NCBI GenBank assembly: GCA_964016885.1
Contig: OZ024752.1
Span: 12,524,001 to 12,588,000, forward strand
DNA length: 64,000 nucleotides
Direction: 5' to 3'
DNA from: Eledone cirrhosa
Lineage: Eukaryota
The notes under the pieces are model-generated. The model was not told where the DNA came from, searched no databases, and saw only the letters and a program-made list of their open reading frames with translations. Position numbers and translations under genes: made by a program. Positions 51,301-63,734 of the stretch are shown here, piece after piece (the first letter of the stretch is position 1; the number at the start of each line of letters is the position of its first letter).

Positions 51301-54300
51301 ACCAAGTAAGTACTCTCTATATCAGAGGTTCACAAAGTGGGCGTTACTACCCCTGAGGGGCGTTGAGAAGGTCCAGGAGGCGTTGGGGAGGGGGGGGGGT
51401 GATACAATAGTATATTAAATATAGTTTGAGAACCTCTGCTCTATATCATCATCATCATTTTACATTCCCTTCCCATGCTGTCATGCGTTGTATGGGTTTT
51501 CACAGTCCAAGGCATGTCTTGGCTACCAGTTCAGCTTGTCTTTTAGCCACAAGCACATCAGTTAATAGGGTGACCATGAGAACTAGTTTGTACACCAAAT
51601 GTGTGAACTTGTCAATCATGTTGAGGCACAAATCTCCCAGTTCACTGAACTGACACCAAAGCTATATGATCATTATTGATCATTATATCCTTAGTCAGGT
51701 CAGGCTTCTAACTGCTACTGATACCTCCTCACCAGACAAAGATCAAGTGCGAGAGCCAGTTTAATCTTGGTTCTGAAAAGAACAACAACTCATCTTCCGT
51801 CTTCAAACAACTCTACCCTTGGGATAATTTTGCTGCTTTTCTTCTCCAAAACACATAGATATATACTGTGTCGCAGGGAAAGCAGACGTTAAAACTATGC
51901 CGATGATGAAAACAGCATGTAACTATAGCAACAAGCTATTCACAGTATGTGGCTATAGCAACGAGCTATTTGCAGCATGTAACCATAGTAACAAGCTATT
52001 CACAGTATGTAGCTATAGCAACAAGCTATTTACAACATGTAACTATAGCTACAAGCTATTTACAACATGTAACTATAGCTACAAGCTATTCACAGCATGT
52101 AACTATAACAACAATTTCACCATCACCATCATCATCATTATCTGGTTTAATGTCTTCTTTACTTGTCACAATCATTGGAGGTTTTGCTGGCCGCTTTCAA
52201 AGCATCTCACCAGATTGTTTATTCCAGGCTTTCAGGTCATGCCTGATTACTTCTTCCCAGGTCTTACATGGACACCCCCTTTCCTGTCTAGCAGGGGCCA
52301 CAATCTTTGTACATTCATGTATCTACCCACCATCTAGGTCTTACATGGACACCCCCCTTTCCTGTCTAGCAGGGGCCACAATCTTTGTACATTCATGTAT
52401 TTACCCACCATCTAGGTCTTACATGGACACCCCCCTTTCCTGTCTAGCAGGGGCCACAATCTTTGTACATTCATGTATTTACCCACCATCTAGGTCTTAC
52501 TTGGGGACCCCAGGTACCACAATTATAGTACATTGATGTATCCACTCACCACTACAGTTCACATGTCTAAACTTTTTCTTCCTCTCTTCTTTTCTTTGTT
52601 TTTTCCTCTTTTCTTAATTTTGATGAAGAACAGACATTCCAATATATAACATTCTTCCTTTTATTCATTTCCACATTAACCTAATGGAATGGATCTCTGT
52701 TAGTTTTGACAATGAATGTTTCAGAATAGTGGAACAACCAGCTCATGTAATTAACTTGTATGAGGCTGAGTATTCCTCAAACACTTGTTTCCTTAATGTA
52801 AGTCTTACAGAAATTTAGCCTGACACAGTGTGACAAGGCTGGTCCTTTTAATTACAGGAACAATCCATCCTCGGACCCCGTACAGTCAAGCTCCTCCACA
52901 AGATCGGAATATCAGTAGCTCATCTGAGGAAGGAGCCCCGTGAGGTGGGCTGGCTGTTGCAGTGGGTGTCACTGGCCATTGTCTGCAGGGTGCAGCCCCA
53001 ACGCCATTGCACACTAGGCCCAGAATCCATCACCCTTCCCCCTCTTTCACCTGTAGCCCTCGAGTCCTTGCTTTCCCTCTACTTCTCCTCTCATTATAGC
53101 TCTCATAGTCCTTTCCTCTACTTTCCCATATAGCCAGATCTACCCTTCCTTACCTCTTCTCCATTTTCTCATTTGTGTAACTCTTCTTTACAATAAAACT
53201 CTTTTATCTATCCAATGAGCTTCCATACAGCTGGTTTCAACAGAAAGAGGTGAGAGAATTCTGGCCAAATATGGCTGGTTTAAATGCTGAAGGGTTAATA
53301 TAACTTTGTTCAGCTGTTATTTATTATTGTGAAATAAATATTAACTAACTTGAGCATCCAGTTTTTATGAGTCCATGAATAATAAAATACCTTTTTTTAA
53401 AATTTCTCTTTAAAACAGACACCTTTATATTTAGCTGTATCAAAGAACAAGCCTGCTGTTGTGTGTGAACTAGTGCGTAATAATGCAAATCCAAACATAC
53501 TTGCAGAGGTAAGGATATTTGATACATTTCTTCATAGATTTTGGTGATTGTATTGTCTTTAACCCTTTCATTACCATATTTCTAATAAAAACTACTGCTT
53601 ATGATTTTCACATAATTTAGAAAATAATGAAGAATTTGGTGAGATTTAGCAATATAACTAACTTTCTTATTATTTAGCTGGTGTTTGGAACATAAAGATT
53701 CTTACATAAATCATGAAAGGTTTTTGGATAACTATAAGCACTTTAAAATAAACAAAGGTGTAGAATCTGAGGGGGTTTCAAGTGGTTTGGTATAAAAAGG
53801 ATTAAGGCTATACATATTTTTGTGTACTTGAAGTCAGATATAAGATTATTTCATTTATGGCATCTCTTGTGTGAAACTATACTTGCTTGGGTCATAAACT
53901 TATTTGAAATTTCCAAAGCATTGTGAAATAATTTCAGAAAAATCTAAAATTAACTTTACATTTCTCTGTTTACCAATGTTTGCAAATTCATTAATATCTT
54001 TAAATTTCAGGTCAAAATAAATGAAAAACAAAAGAAACGTCGCAGTGCTTTGCATTGTGCAGCCACACAGGGGAAAGACTTCAACCTCACGCTGAAACAA
54101 CTCTTTGAATCAAAGAAAATTGATCCAAACATAAAGAACTGTGATGGTAATTAAAATTTTAGTCATAATTTATGTATGCAGTGAAGATTCATGGTTGAGT
54201 GGTTAGAGAATTGGATTTGCAATCATGAGGTTGTGAGTTTGATTTCTGATACAGATATTAGTTCTCTGAACTTTTCCCATTCCATATTAATTAGGCTGCT

Positions 54301-55259
54301 GTGCTTTAGTTACATATGTAATAGCAGCTGTCAGCTAATAGGTCTGAGCTTTCTGAGGAGTTGAAACATTTGATGGGCGAACTTACTGTTAACAGCCCTT
54401 GTGCATCTTTTATATGTGAGGTTCTTGTTTTCTTGCCACCCTGTTCGAGATCACATTGCTAGGTTTATGTACTCATAGTTTGCTCTGAGTAACCAGTATA
54501 GAATTCCTACCAATTCCTTTTCCACATATTGAGCATGGCTATTGCTGGGTTTATGTACCCATAGTTTGCTCTGGGGTTTGCCCCAGGATCACTTGGCGCC
54601 GAACATTCTAAAAAGACCTGATGGCAGCCAACATCACTTAACATAGAAGCAACATCACTTGGCACGATCACAGCCAACATCACTTGGCACAATCAGCGGC
54701 AAAATAGCTGCTGCTGATCGTGACCATTTGCGACTACTTTCTGCTCAATGCACTGAAAGGCCTGGAAGAACCTAATACTGAACATGCCCATTTTCTTATG
54801 GCAGCAGAGGTCTGTTTTGTTTCCTAACTATAATAAGTCTTCTTACTTTGACTGTTTTATAATTTAGATATTTTACCCAAATATATTTATATTTTTTCAG
54901 GTCTAACACCACTGATTTCTGCCATAATTGAGCATGGAAAAATTGTTTCCAAAAATAATAAAAACCTCACAATTGACAATTGCTTAAATGCGTCTTTGTT
55001 ACTGAAGAATGGAGCCAATCCAGAGATATGTGATGGCAGAAATGGCATGACACCATTGATGTATGCAATTGAAAGCAAAGACATTAATTTAGTTGAAGCA
55101 ATTACGAAAAATGTGGATGATGTAAAATTACGAAAAATGCTCTCTGTGAAGACACTGGCAGGCAGAACCTGCAGCAAAATCGTTGAAGAATTACAGACAA
55201 GATATGAACCAGCTGTGTACCGCAGGCTTACCAGTGTTTTGTCACACAACTCGTTCTGA
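43101..55259 (+). CDS. Spliced gene for nuclear IkB-family (Bcl-3/IkBzeta/IkBNS-like) ankyrin-repeat protein, ~1022 aa; join(43101-45384,51106-51305,53419-53508,54011-54146,54901-55259)
   Basis: All junctions are GT-AG and phase-compatible (1,0,0,1). Ankyrin repeats DADGNNYLHAAV, NLINQTPLYLAV..LVRNNANPN, RRSALHCAA, NCDGLTPLISAI and GANPEICDGRNGMTPLMYAIE align by eye with the Bcl-3/IkBzeta repeat order. Strong start context aaaATGg. Confidence 0.85.
44428..44877 (+). repeat. In-frame 30-bp coding tandem repeat (~15 units, NVGSP(I/N/S)(H/Q)TL(S/P))
   Basis: Direct inspection of DNA and translation. Confidence 0.95.
45439..45730 (+). repeat. 45-bp tandem amplification of the SINE 5' head
   Basis: gtggattggcagtatcggtagagggtcggacaccatgctagggtg x~6, followed by the SINE body. 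Confidence 0.9.
46344..46799. repeat. 46-bp minisatellite (~10 near-identical units) within an RTE 3' remnant
   Basis: ggatcatttggtgatagttgtttctggtatgactttctagaaagtc. Confidence 0.95.
48790..48965. repeat. 35-bp tandem repeat (~5 units)
   Basis: accaaccctcctgaaattggtcactggtttatgat. Confidence 0.85.
50486..50524 (+). CDS. Candidate 39-nt in-frame exon with GC donor (GVDLQMFNHISLR)
   Basis: Acceptor ctttcttgcag|, donor AG|GCAAGT; phase 1-1, no stop. Confidence 0.45.
50820..50960 (-). mobile_element. Diverged CRE-like 3'-end remnant (opposite-strand copy at ~52900-53000)
   Basis: GWLLQWISLAIVHGNA motif. Confidence 0.55.
51106..51305 (+). CDS. IkB-like exon, ankyrin repeat 1
   Basis: tttttcaag| ... 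CAA|GTAAGT; LLSVDADGNNYLHAAV. Confidence 0.9.
51323..51438. mobile_element. hAT-type MITE
   Basis: TIRs cagaggttcacaaa / tttgagaacctctg with a perfect 8-bp TSD ctctatat. A related element lies at 60245-60576. Confidence 0.85.
51915..52500. repeat. 30-bp tandem repeat (51915-52110) and 78-bp tandem repeat x3 (52260-52500)
   Basis: Direct inspection. Confidence 0.85.
53419..53508 (+). CDS. IkB-like exon, ankyrin repeat 2
   Basis: aaacag|ACA...GAG|GTAAGG; TPLYLAVSKNKPAVVCELVRNNANPN. Confidence 0.9.
54011..54146 (+). CDS. IkB-like exon, ankyrin repeat 3
   Basis: tttcag|GTC...GATG|GTAATT; RRSALHCAATQG...IDPNIKNCD. Confidence 0.9.
54901..55259 (+). CDS. IkB-like last coding exon, ankyrin repeats 4-5 (+partial 6)
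   Basis: ttttcag|; GLTPLISAI...LLLKNGANPEICDGRNGMTPLMYAIE; TGA at 55257-55259; donor TAG|GTATGT at 55265. Confidence 0.9.
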
Positions 55260-55295
55260 GCTTAGGTATGTTTTTCACAAGATTGGCATTCTGAC

Positions 55296-55329
<34 letters not shown>

Positions 55330-55577
55330 AGGGCGATGTTTTGGCAGTATAATCTATAGAGCGTCTGACAACATGCTTTGCAGCATAGAGTTATAGCCCT
55401 TTATGTTCTGAGTTCAAAGCCCGCCGAGGTTAACTTTGCCTTTCATCGTTACAAGGTCAATAAAATAAAGTACCAGTAATGTACTGGGGTAATTGCTGGC
55501 CTTGTGCCAAAAGTAGAATCAATTATCATCATCGTTGTTTTTTTCATCCGTTTTTCCATGTTCACATGCGTTAGACA

Positions 55578-55744
55578 CAGTGCTGGATTTACCATTGTGC
55601 TTAGCTGTGCTTAAGCACAGGGTCCCATTGGCCAGAGAGGTTCCATCTTTCTGTCAAAAATATTTTTTACCTCCTTCAGGGCCCACATAAAGGGCCTCAT
55701 AACTTAACTAACACAGGGCCTCATTTTTTCTATATCCGGCACTG
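55578..55744. mobile_element. hAT-like MITE
   Basis: TIRs cagtgctggat / atccggcactg; flanks gttagaca / gttaaaca. Confidence 0.65.
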
Positions 55745-55899
55745 GTTAAACAGGTCCTTTTCAGCACACCATCTCTCCACTTGTCTTGTTCCTTCGTAAT
55801 CTCAGCTGTTTGAGATCAGCTCTTACACAGCTATTCCTTAGTTTATCTCTACTGCGACTTCCTCCTCATTGTTATTATCTGAATTCATACTGATTTATA

Positions 55900-57040
55900 A
55901 AGTATTTTAACAGTAGTACTGATGCCATGATAAAATACACTCAGACCAACTTGTAAGGTGATAGTACTACTATGACAGAACACCCAGTCCACCCTGTAAA
56001 GTGGTTGTACTAGTACCATGATAGAACAGTCCCAGTTCTCCCTGTAAGGTGACAGTGCTGGTACCATGATAAAGCATACCCAGTTCACCCTGTAAGTTGA
56101 TAATGCTGGTACCATTATAGAACATACCCTTTAAGATGGTAGTTCTGATACCACAATAAAACACACCCAGTTTACCCTGTTAGGTGGTAGTGCTGGTACC
56201 ACAATAAAACACACCCAGTTTACCCTGTTAGGTGGTAGTGCTGGTACCATGATAACACACACCCAGTTTACCCTGTTAGGTGGTAGTGCTAGTACCACAA
56301 TAAAACACACCCAGTTTACCCTAAAAAGTAATACTGGTACCACAATAAAAAGCATCTTTTACATGGTCTAAAGTGGTTGGTTTTATGAAGGGTATCCAGA
56401 CATGAAAGCCAAAAATGGAACATATGAGCAAGATGTAGTGTGTATGTCAATGCCCACTTTTTTTTACATTAAAAAAAATATATAAATTGTGCTTTTTGAT
56501 ATACATAGCTGTGTAGGTGTCACAACAAAAAGTACCCAGCACACACTGTAAATGTGGTAGGCATAGGAAGGGCATCCAGCTGTAGAAAACTAGCCCCAAA
56601 ACACCCAGCACACACTGTAAATGTGGTTGGCATAGGAAGGGCATCCAGCTGTAGAAAACCAGCTCCAAAACACCCAGCACACACTGTAAATGTGGTAGGC
56701 ATAGGAAGGGCATCCAGCTGTAAAAAACCAGCCCCAAAACACGCAGCACACACTGTAAATGTGGTGGGCATCCAGCTGTAGAAAACCAGCCCCCAAACAC
56801 CCAGCACACACTGTAAATGTGGTTGGCATAGGAAGGGCATCCAGCTGTAGAAAACCAGCTCCAAAACACCCAGCACACACTGAAAAATGTGGTAGGCATA
56901 GGAAGGGCATCCAGCTGTAGAAAACCAGCCAGAAACTATTATATGAGCGAGACATGGTCACCCAACCCAACTTGCCTCTAATTGGGAGAAACCTGTCTAA
57001 CCCATGCTAGCATGGAAGATAGATGTTATCGACGATGATA
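55900..57040 (+). repeat. Tandemly expanded sub-repeats of RTE 3' UTR (~51-bp and ~63-bp units)
   Basis: cacccag...ctgtaa units and ggaagggcatccagctgtagaaaac units, ending in the RTE tail. Confidence 0.75.
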
Positions 57041-57711
57041 GCTATGTGAAATTAATCAATGACTTTATATTGTATCATTTGGTAATGCACAAGAGAGCTT
57101 CACTAGAAATATACTGATAAATAATATCAGCGATGGAAATACCAATTAAGACATTATTTCTTTGGTCTGATTTGACAAGTCCCACACCACTCAGTAAGCA
57201 AATGAGGTGTAGAATTTTGTCAATCAAACTCTTTCTATATCTCATTTCAATATAAGATATATTTCTGTTGGAGTTGCTTCTTTTTTTCTCAGTTATAAAC
57301 ACATTTTTTTAACACCTCTTTGCTTTCTATCTCTTTTACTTATCTCTGGGGTATCTCCTCTATTCTATCCACTGGGGCTGCCATTTGCTCATAATAGTGA
57401 GAGATGGGGAGAGCGAGAGAGACAGAGGCAGTAACTATACCAGCATTGCTGAAGTATTTTTTAGAGTTAAAGGTTAAGTGATTTCATTATATACATACAT
57501 ATATACCAGCAAATACAAATACAATAGTGATAAAGATGTGTTAAATAAACACATTTTTCACATACATGTATGTATAGAGCTATGCCAAAGCTAAATTGTA
57601 ATTCTACTTTTAAGTTGAGCCAACTTATACAGCTTTGTTGCAAATGAAGCTAATCAGTCCACCTACACAGGTGAAAAAACTATATATTTTCGCCAGTAAG
57701 CAAGGGAAAGC

Positions 57712-57752
57712 ATTGTCCTGATGAGAACCAGAGTTTGAAATACATAGACAAT
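57712..57752 (+). ncRNA. Minimal type I hammerhead ribozyme, sense within the IkB-like gene's post-stop intron
   Basis: attgtc-CTGATGA-gaac caga gttt-GAAA-tacATA-gacaat, with a perfect 6-bp stem I. Confidence 0.8.
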
Positions 57753-58199
57753 TATCTTCTGCTGGAATCCACTAGGTGGCGCTGGCTGTCAGACTTCTAT
57801 TCATATCTGGGCTTTCAAAATGTTTATTTGTTAAACATACCATTATCTTTAGATATACGAAATTCATATACATATATTATACATTAATTTCAAAAATACT
57901 GAAGATTCCAAGCATAATCAAACTGACATTAATAAAGAAACCATTTTCAGACAGACATGTTTCTGTCGGCCTAAAATCTTTATCCTTGGGCTATATTATT
58001 AGGTTTGATAATGTTTTGAAACTTCAGTGTTTTTGAAATTAATATATAACAACTCTGCATAACCCCCATTACATTGAACTTTTAATCAACCTGTAAAGCA
58101 GTTTAACTACTCCAGTTAATAATATTATATATATAGTTATATTTGGGGAGGGTCATGTTGTTATAATATTGACAGAAATATATACACACTCGCCTTGCC

Positions 58200-58560
58200 A
58201 GTAGGCATCTCTAACAAAATACACCCCGTCCCGCCACCACCCCCACCCCATCCACACCACCCCGTTCTATGTAAAGTTATGTTGGTGCCGCGCCATCCAG
58301 GCCGAAACAAATGAGATCGTGTAGGTGTCACGACAAAAAAACACACAGTCCACGCTGTAATGTGGCCGTGTAGGCAACACGGTAAAAACCTCCCAGACCC
58401 ACACTGTAAATGTGGTTAGTGTTAGGAAGGGCATCCAACTGTAGAAAACCTGCCAGACAGTCCTATGCGAGCAAGACAATCACTCTTGCCTCAAGTGGGA
58501 CTACCCCCGTCCAAACCCATGCAAGCGTGGAACACGGACGTTAAACGTTGATGATGATGA
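58200..58560 (+). mobile_element. RTE 3' UTR fragment inserted into a family E element (degenerate hammerhead CTAATGA at 58682-58721, minus)
   Basis: Matches 17675-18040; the flanks match the 28100-28260 family. Confidence 0.7.
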
Positions 58561-58876
58561 CTGTTTGATTTGGGTTGGTTTCACTTCAGTATATCTTATA
58601 TTTCTATAATTAATTTAGCTAGCAATCAATATTTATCATTGATTGACCAACAGTTAAAAATATAGATATAAATATAGTTTCTCAGAGTTCTTTCATCACA
58701 CACCTGTGACATCATTAGTGATGCTATTGTTTCCGCCTATTGTATTGCTGTAATGTTTTCTTATTCTATTTTATTTATTTATAGTGTCTCTGTTTGCGCT
58801 TGCATTTATGTGTGTTTTCTGTTTGGTATATATATATTATACTGTATTTTACATTCTTCTTTTCTTTTTCTTTCAG

Positions 58877-59690
58877 TACTTTGTCAGAAATGGTTATTCG
58901 CAAGCGCCTGAGTTGAAGTGTTTTTCTGTTAAATGCTGTAATCCTCAGTAAGCAGCTATTGGTCTTCCTTAACAGTTAGCTCAGAAGCGATGGTATCTGT
59001 ATATATGTGCCTACGATATGTGGCAATCTGAAATACATATAGAGACAGACATGCTAAAGGCATTTACATGTACAGAACAGAATCAAGTGGTTAGTCTGTC
59101 TAATCACTTGTTTGTAAGGAACAGTGTGTTTCTTTGTAAATAACTCAATTTCTTTCTATAGCTGCAACATCTAAATCTTTTTTTTTTTTTTTTGTGTGTG
59201 CTCTTTTATGATGTGTGTGTATGTATGTGATTAAGAAACAGCTTTATGGTTGCTATATTTACCTTTGCTAATTTCAATACACAACATTAACCCTTTAGCA
59301 TTTACATTTCACTATATATACTATTGTATTTTCGCAGTAAAGGCTTTATCTCACATAATATTAAATCTATGAGATTTTGATGTTATTTATTTTGAGAACA
59401 ATACCTTAACGTTGGCATTAGTGGCCGGTTACAGCCAGTTTGAGCAGAAAGAGGTGAAAGAATTCTGGCCAGATACAGTTTAAATGCTAAAGGGTTAAAA
59501 GGTTTTATATTTCCTTCTCTTATCTGTTTATAATGCAGTTTTATGTGTGAAATATATTAATAGGGCTCTATAGTCTACTTAGATGTTTCATTTAATGTTT
59601 ACTTTAATCAGTTTTTAGAAAGAAAAACCTTCTGTATAATTTATTATTCTAATTTTTAAGAAATATTTTTTATGTTTTCCTAATAAATCA
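58877..59690 (+). other. Candidate 3' UTR exon of the IkB-like gene (end approximate)
   Basis: Long polypyrimidine tract plus CAG at 58876; AATAAA at ~59682 and ~60004. Confidence 0.45.
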
Positions 59691-61497
59691 CTCTTTATCT
59701 TAAGATTTTTCATGTTGTTTTATTTTTTATTTTCTCTTTCTCCTCCTTTTTCTTCTTCTTTGAGACAGTGTGAAAGGGGTGGTATAATTTAAGAAAAAAA
59801 AAAAAAGCATCAAAGCTACTCTGATTTACCTGTTCTTTATTCAAATACAACCTTAATTTTTGAGATAAAGTCTCATAATCAGAAGTCAAAAACCTTGAAA
59901 AATAGTGTTTTAGCTTGTATGTACCATCTTTTCTATCAGAAAGCAAAGATGGTACATACAAGTTAAAATGTTTTGGGTATAAACAACCTCAATGTTGCTG
60001 CTAAATAAACTGAGTGAAATATGCAGTATCTTTTTGGCCTCAATCAGCTGTTGGTTTACGATTTACTTCATAATGAAGATACTTAGAACGAAATGTAAAT
60101 GAAAAAGTTCTATCATACAAAACTATTTATTTTAAAGTGTTTATATTTATGTAAAAACATCTCATGATTTTATGTAAGTAGTTTGTTAAATTATGTTCTA
60201 AACCAGAGAAATCCCAGTGGCAGGGATCTGTGGAAGACTCAGACCAGAGGTCTCAAACATTTTGGACCACCGCCCCCTTCAAGGCCACATAATACCCTCA
60301 GCACCCCCAACCTTATTTCCAGAGAGACCTGCCTACATGTAAATTGTAAATAATATATAACAAATAAAATCGTCAATTTATTTATAATAAATAATATAAT
60401 ATATACTGTGTATAAATAAATAATTTTTTATTTTATTATATCTATATATAATATGTATCATTTGATATTTAATATACTATTATATCATCTCTCCCACTGT
60501 CCCTTTAGGCTCCAGCACCTCCTGGACCTTCTCAACGCCCCTCAGGGAGCAGTAGTCTCCACTTTGAGAACCTCTGTTCTAAACACTGGTGTAATTCTGA
60601 GTAAGTTAGTTATATTACTAAATCCCTCCAAATTCTTGATTATTTTCGAAACCATTTGAGAACCATAAGTGTCTTGCATTAGAAGTACAGTGGAAAGAGT
60701 TAAAAGAAAAGGTTTTGTTTTGACATGAATGTATTTTTAGTAATGTCAACAACTGACATGATAAAGGAGTGGTTGTCTAGTTTCAGGATTTAAAGTAAAA
60801 AAATAAATTTCTAGGATGGTTTCTTTATGATGAGTGGAATATTTAGAGAGATCATCATCATCATCATGATCAAGATTATTAGAGATCTTCTTCATATATA
60901 GTGACCATCCTATGTATAATTTTTTTTATTTAATTCGATAACCTCATATATTTCTAATGGGCCAATCTACTGGTTCACTGCATTTTTTAATGGTGACTGT
61001 AAAAGGGAGTGACTCAATAACTTGGGAGGGAAATATGTCACTAAGGTATATTGTGTTCAAATACATTGTGTTTATCTATTACTGACATATTGGAGGAAAC
61101 CATACAGGCACACACACACACAGGCTTCATATATATATATATATAATGTTAGTCACGTATTGATATAAATTCCTATTATATTTTAATCCCAATAATTGTA
61201 TTATCCCAATAAGTGCTTTGTTGGTGAGGGAAGTAGTTCTATTTTTAGCATCTTCTCGCCAATTTACCCAGATAGCTGGTCTGTCACTGTAAAATTTATA
61301 GTAGCTATCCTAGCAGAGCCCACACACACATTACTAGTTTTGCTTGTCCGTGGAGAAAAATTGGACTTTCGGTTGATTGTTCTTATGACTACCCTGTTGA
61401 CAAGATTCCTGGGAAGTCCTAACATTTAGTTCGCAATTTTTTATCAGGCTTGAAACTGTACAGTCCTGGTGATTGTAATGTAAATTTTTAAATATTT

Positions 61498-62035
61498 TCA
61501 TCATCATCATCATCATTTTACGTTCATTCTTCCACGCTAGCATGGGTTAGACGGATTGTTCTGTGACCATGTCTTGCTCATAGAGAACTGATTTTGGCTT
61601 GATTTCTACAGCTGGATGCCCTTCCTTAAACAAACCTCATTTACAGTGAGTGCTGGATGCTTTTTTACTGTGGTGCTTACATGACCACTTTACAGTGTGG
61701 TCTGGGTGATTTTTGTCGTGACACCTCCACGACCACTGTACAGTGTGGGCTGGGTGATTTTTGTCGTGACACCTCCACGACCACTTTACAGTGTGGTCTG
61801 GGTGATTTTTGTCGTGACACTTCCACGACCACTTTACAGTGTGGGCTGGGTGATTTTTGTCGTGACACCTCCACGACCACTGTACAGTGTGGGCTGGGTG
61901 ATTTTTGTTGTGACACCTCCACGACCACTGTACAGTGTGGGCTGGGTGATTTTTGTTGTGACACTTCCACGACCACTTTACAGTGGGAGGCGGGTGGGGC
62001 CATACTGTCTATATGCTTCAGCTTCAGCCTGTACC
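61498..62035 (-). mobile_element. RTE 3' UTR with 45-bp tandem expansion
   Basis: Reverse complement of 16845-17150 with ~7 internal repeats. Confidence 0.8.
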
Positions 62036-62410
62036 TGTTGAATTTCTTTAATTTCTTATTCGCCTTATGTTCTATTTTGGTATGGTCTCTTCATGTCTAT
62101 TGCAATGAGCGCGCTGATTTAGGTTTTCACACTTGTTTTTATCGAGTAGGTTCCACGATTGAAATAATAATGGATGCTTCTATGCATTTAGTATCGTATC
62201 TATCTAAATTCCTATTATATATATATTGTGGGCTTCTTATATACAAACATTGGCATATTTCTTTTTATATATATATGTAGGAGTTTTATTTAATTTGTTG
62301 GAATTCCGACAAACATAAATGTTCATAACTGATATAGAGAACTCAACAAGTTACTGTAGTAAATATTCCAAGATAATAATAAATGGAAACTATATTTATA
62401 AAACCATATT

Positions 62411-62475
62411 TATTTTATTATATATATTTCAAGGGCGACCAAGCAAATCTTGGTGCGCTTTCATCAGATAAAATA
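62411..62475 (-). ncRNA. Type I hammerhead ribozyme (family B), mirror copy
   Basis: Exact reverse complement of 62615-62679. Confidence 0.85.
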
Positions 62476-62614
62476 CAAAATTTGTTTTATAAATAATGAC
62501 ATACCCATGGAAATCACACCATAACGGTCCGAAATTTGCTGGACTATCCAGCGAATTTCGGACCTTTAAGATGTGATTTCCATGGGTATGTCATTATTTA
62601 TAAAACAAATTTTG

Positions 62615-62679
62615 TATTTTATCTGATGAAAGCGCACCAAGATTTGCTTGGTCGCCCTTGAAATATATATAATAAAATA
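62615..62679 (+). ncRNA. Type I hammerhead ribozyme (family B)
   Basis: tattttat-CTGATGA-aagcgcaccaag atttg cttggtcgccctt-GAAA-tatatATA-ataaaata. Confidence 0.88.
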
Positions 62680-63734
62680 AATATGGTTTTATAAATATAG
62701 TTTCCATTTATTATCTTGATATATATAAATAAAATTGCTCGCTTTGGAAGCATCAACAATGCAGATGGGTAAATCTCCGAGTAACAGAACCCAGTGGTAA
62801 TGAGAGAGAAAGAGATGTAAGAAGAAATGTAGAATGAGACGTAGGAAAAGTGTAAAAATAATTATTATTTCTACTTTTGGCACAAGGCCAGTAATTACCC
62901 AGTACATTACTGGTACTTTATTTTATCGACCCCGTAAGGATGAAAGGCAAAGTTTACCTTGGCGGGATTTGAACTCAGACCATAACGCTTGGCTGCAAAA
63001 GTGTAAAAATAATAACACGAGATAGAGTTACCTTGGAAGTGATTTAATAGTCCCTATATTTCAGATTTCGCATCTATCAGCTGGGGTTTTCCGAGGGGAA
63101 AAAGCTTTTGTGTCAGAGAGGGACAACACATGGCCACTGTCGTTCACCGTGTGTGTACAACTGAACTACTCTGTCAGGCACGCGGAATAGCTGCGGTCAG
63201 ACAAAGGTTGAGGCAGTTCTTCTATACTAGAGTAGTGGGGTGGTGACGTGTCAATACGTACACATTTTCACTGTCAATATATATATATCATCATCATCAC
63301 CATCGATTAACGTTTATCTTCCATGTTAGCATGGGTCAGATGGGTTTGTCCCATTTAGAGGCAAGTTGGGCCAGGTAACCGTGTCTTGCTCATATAGTGT
63401 TTCTGGCTAGTTTTCTACAACTGGATGCCCTTCCTAATGCAAACCACATTGACAGTGTAAGCTGGGTGCTTTTTGTTTTGACAGCTACATGATCACTTTA
63501 AAGCTTGGGCTGGACGTTTTGTGGTATATATAATCATCATCATTTCATTTTACGTCCACTTTTTCCCTGCTTGCAAGGGTGGGACGGGAACTGATTCTGG
63601 ATTGATTTCTACAGCTGGATGCCCTTCCTAACACCAAGCTCATTTACAGTGAGTGCTGGGTGCTTTTTTGCCATGGCACCTCCACAACCACTTTCTGTGG
63701 AATGATATGGACCCCAGTCCCTATCATCTCATTT

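Larger units (their letters stand above)
62369..62718. repeat. ~175-bp-arm fold-back palindrome with two outward-facing hammerheads
   Basis: Axis tgga-cta-tcca at 62545; near-perfect arms. Confidence 0.9.
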
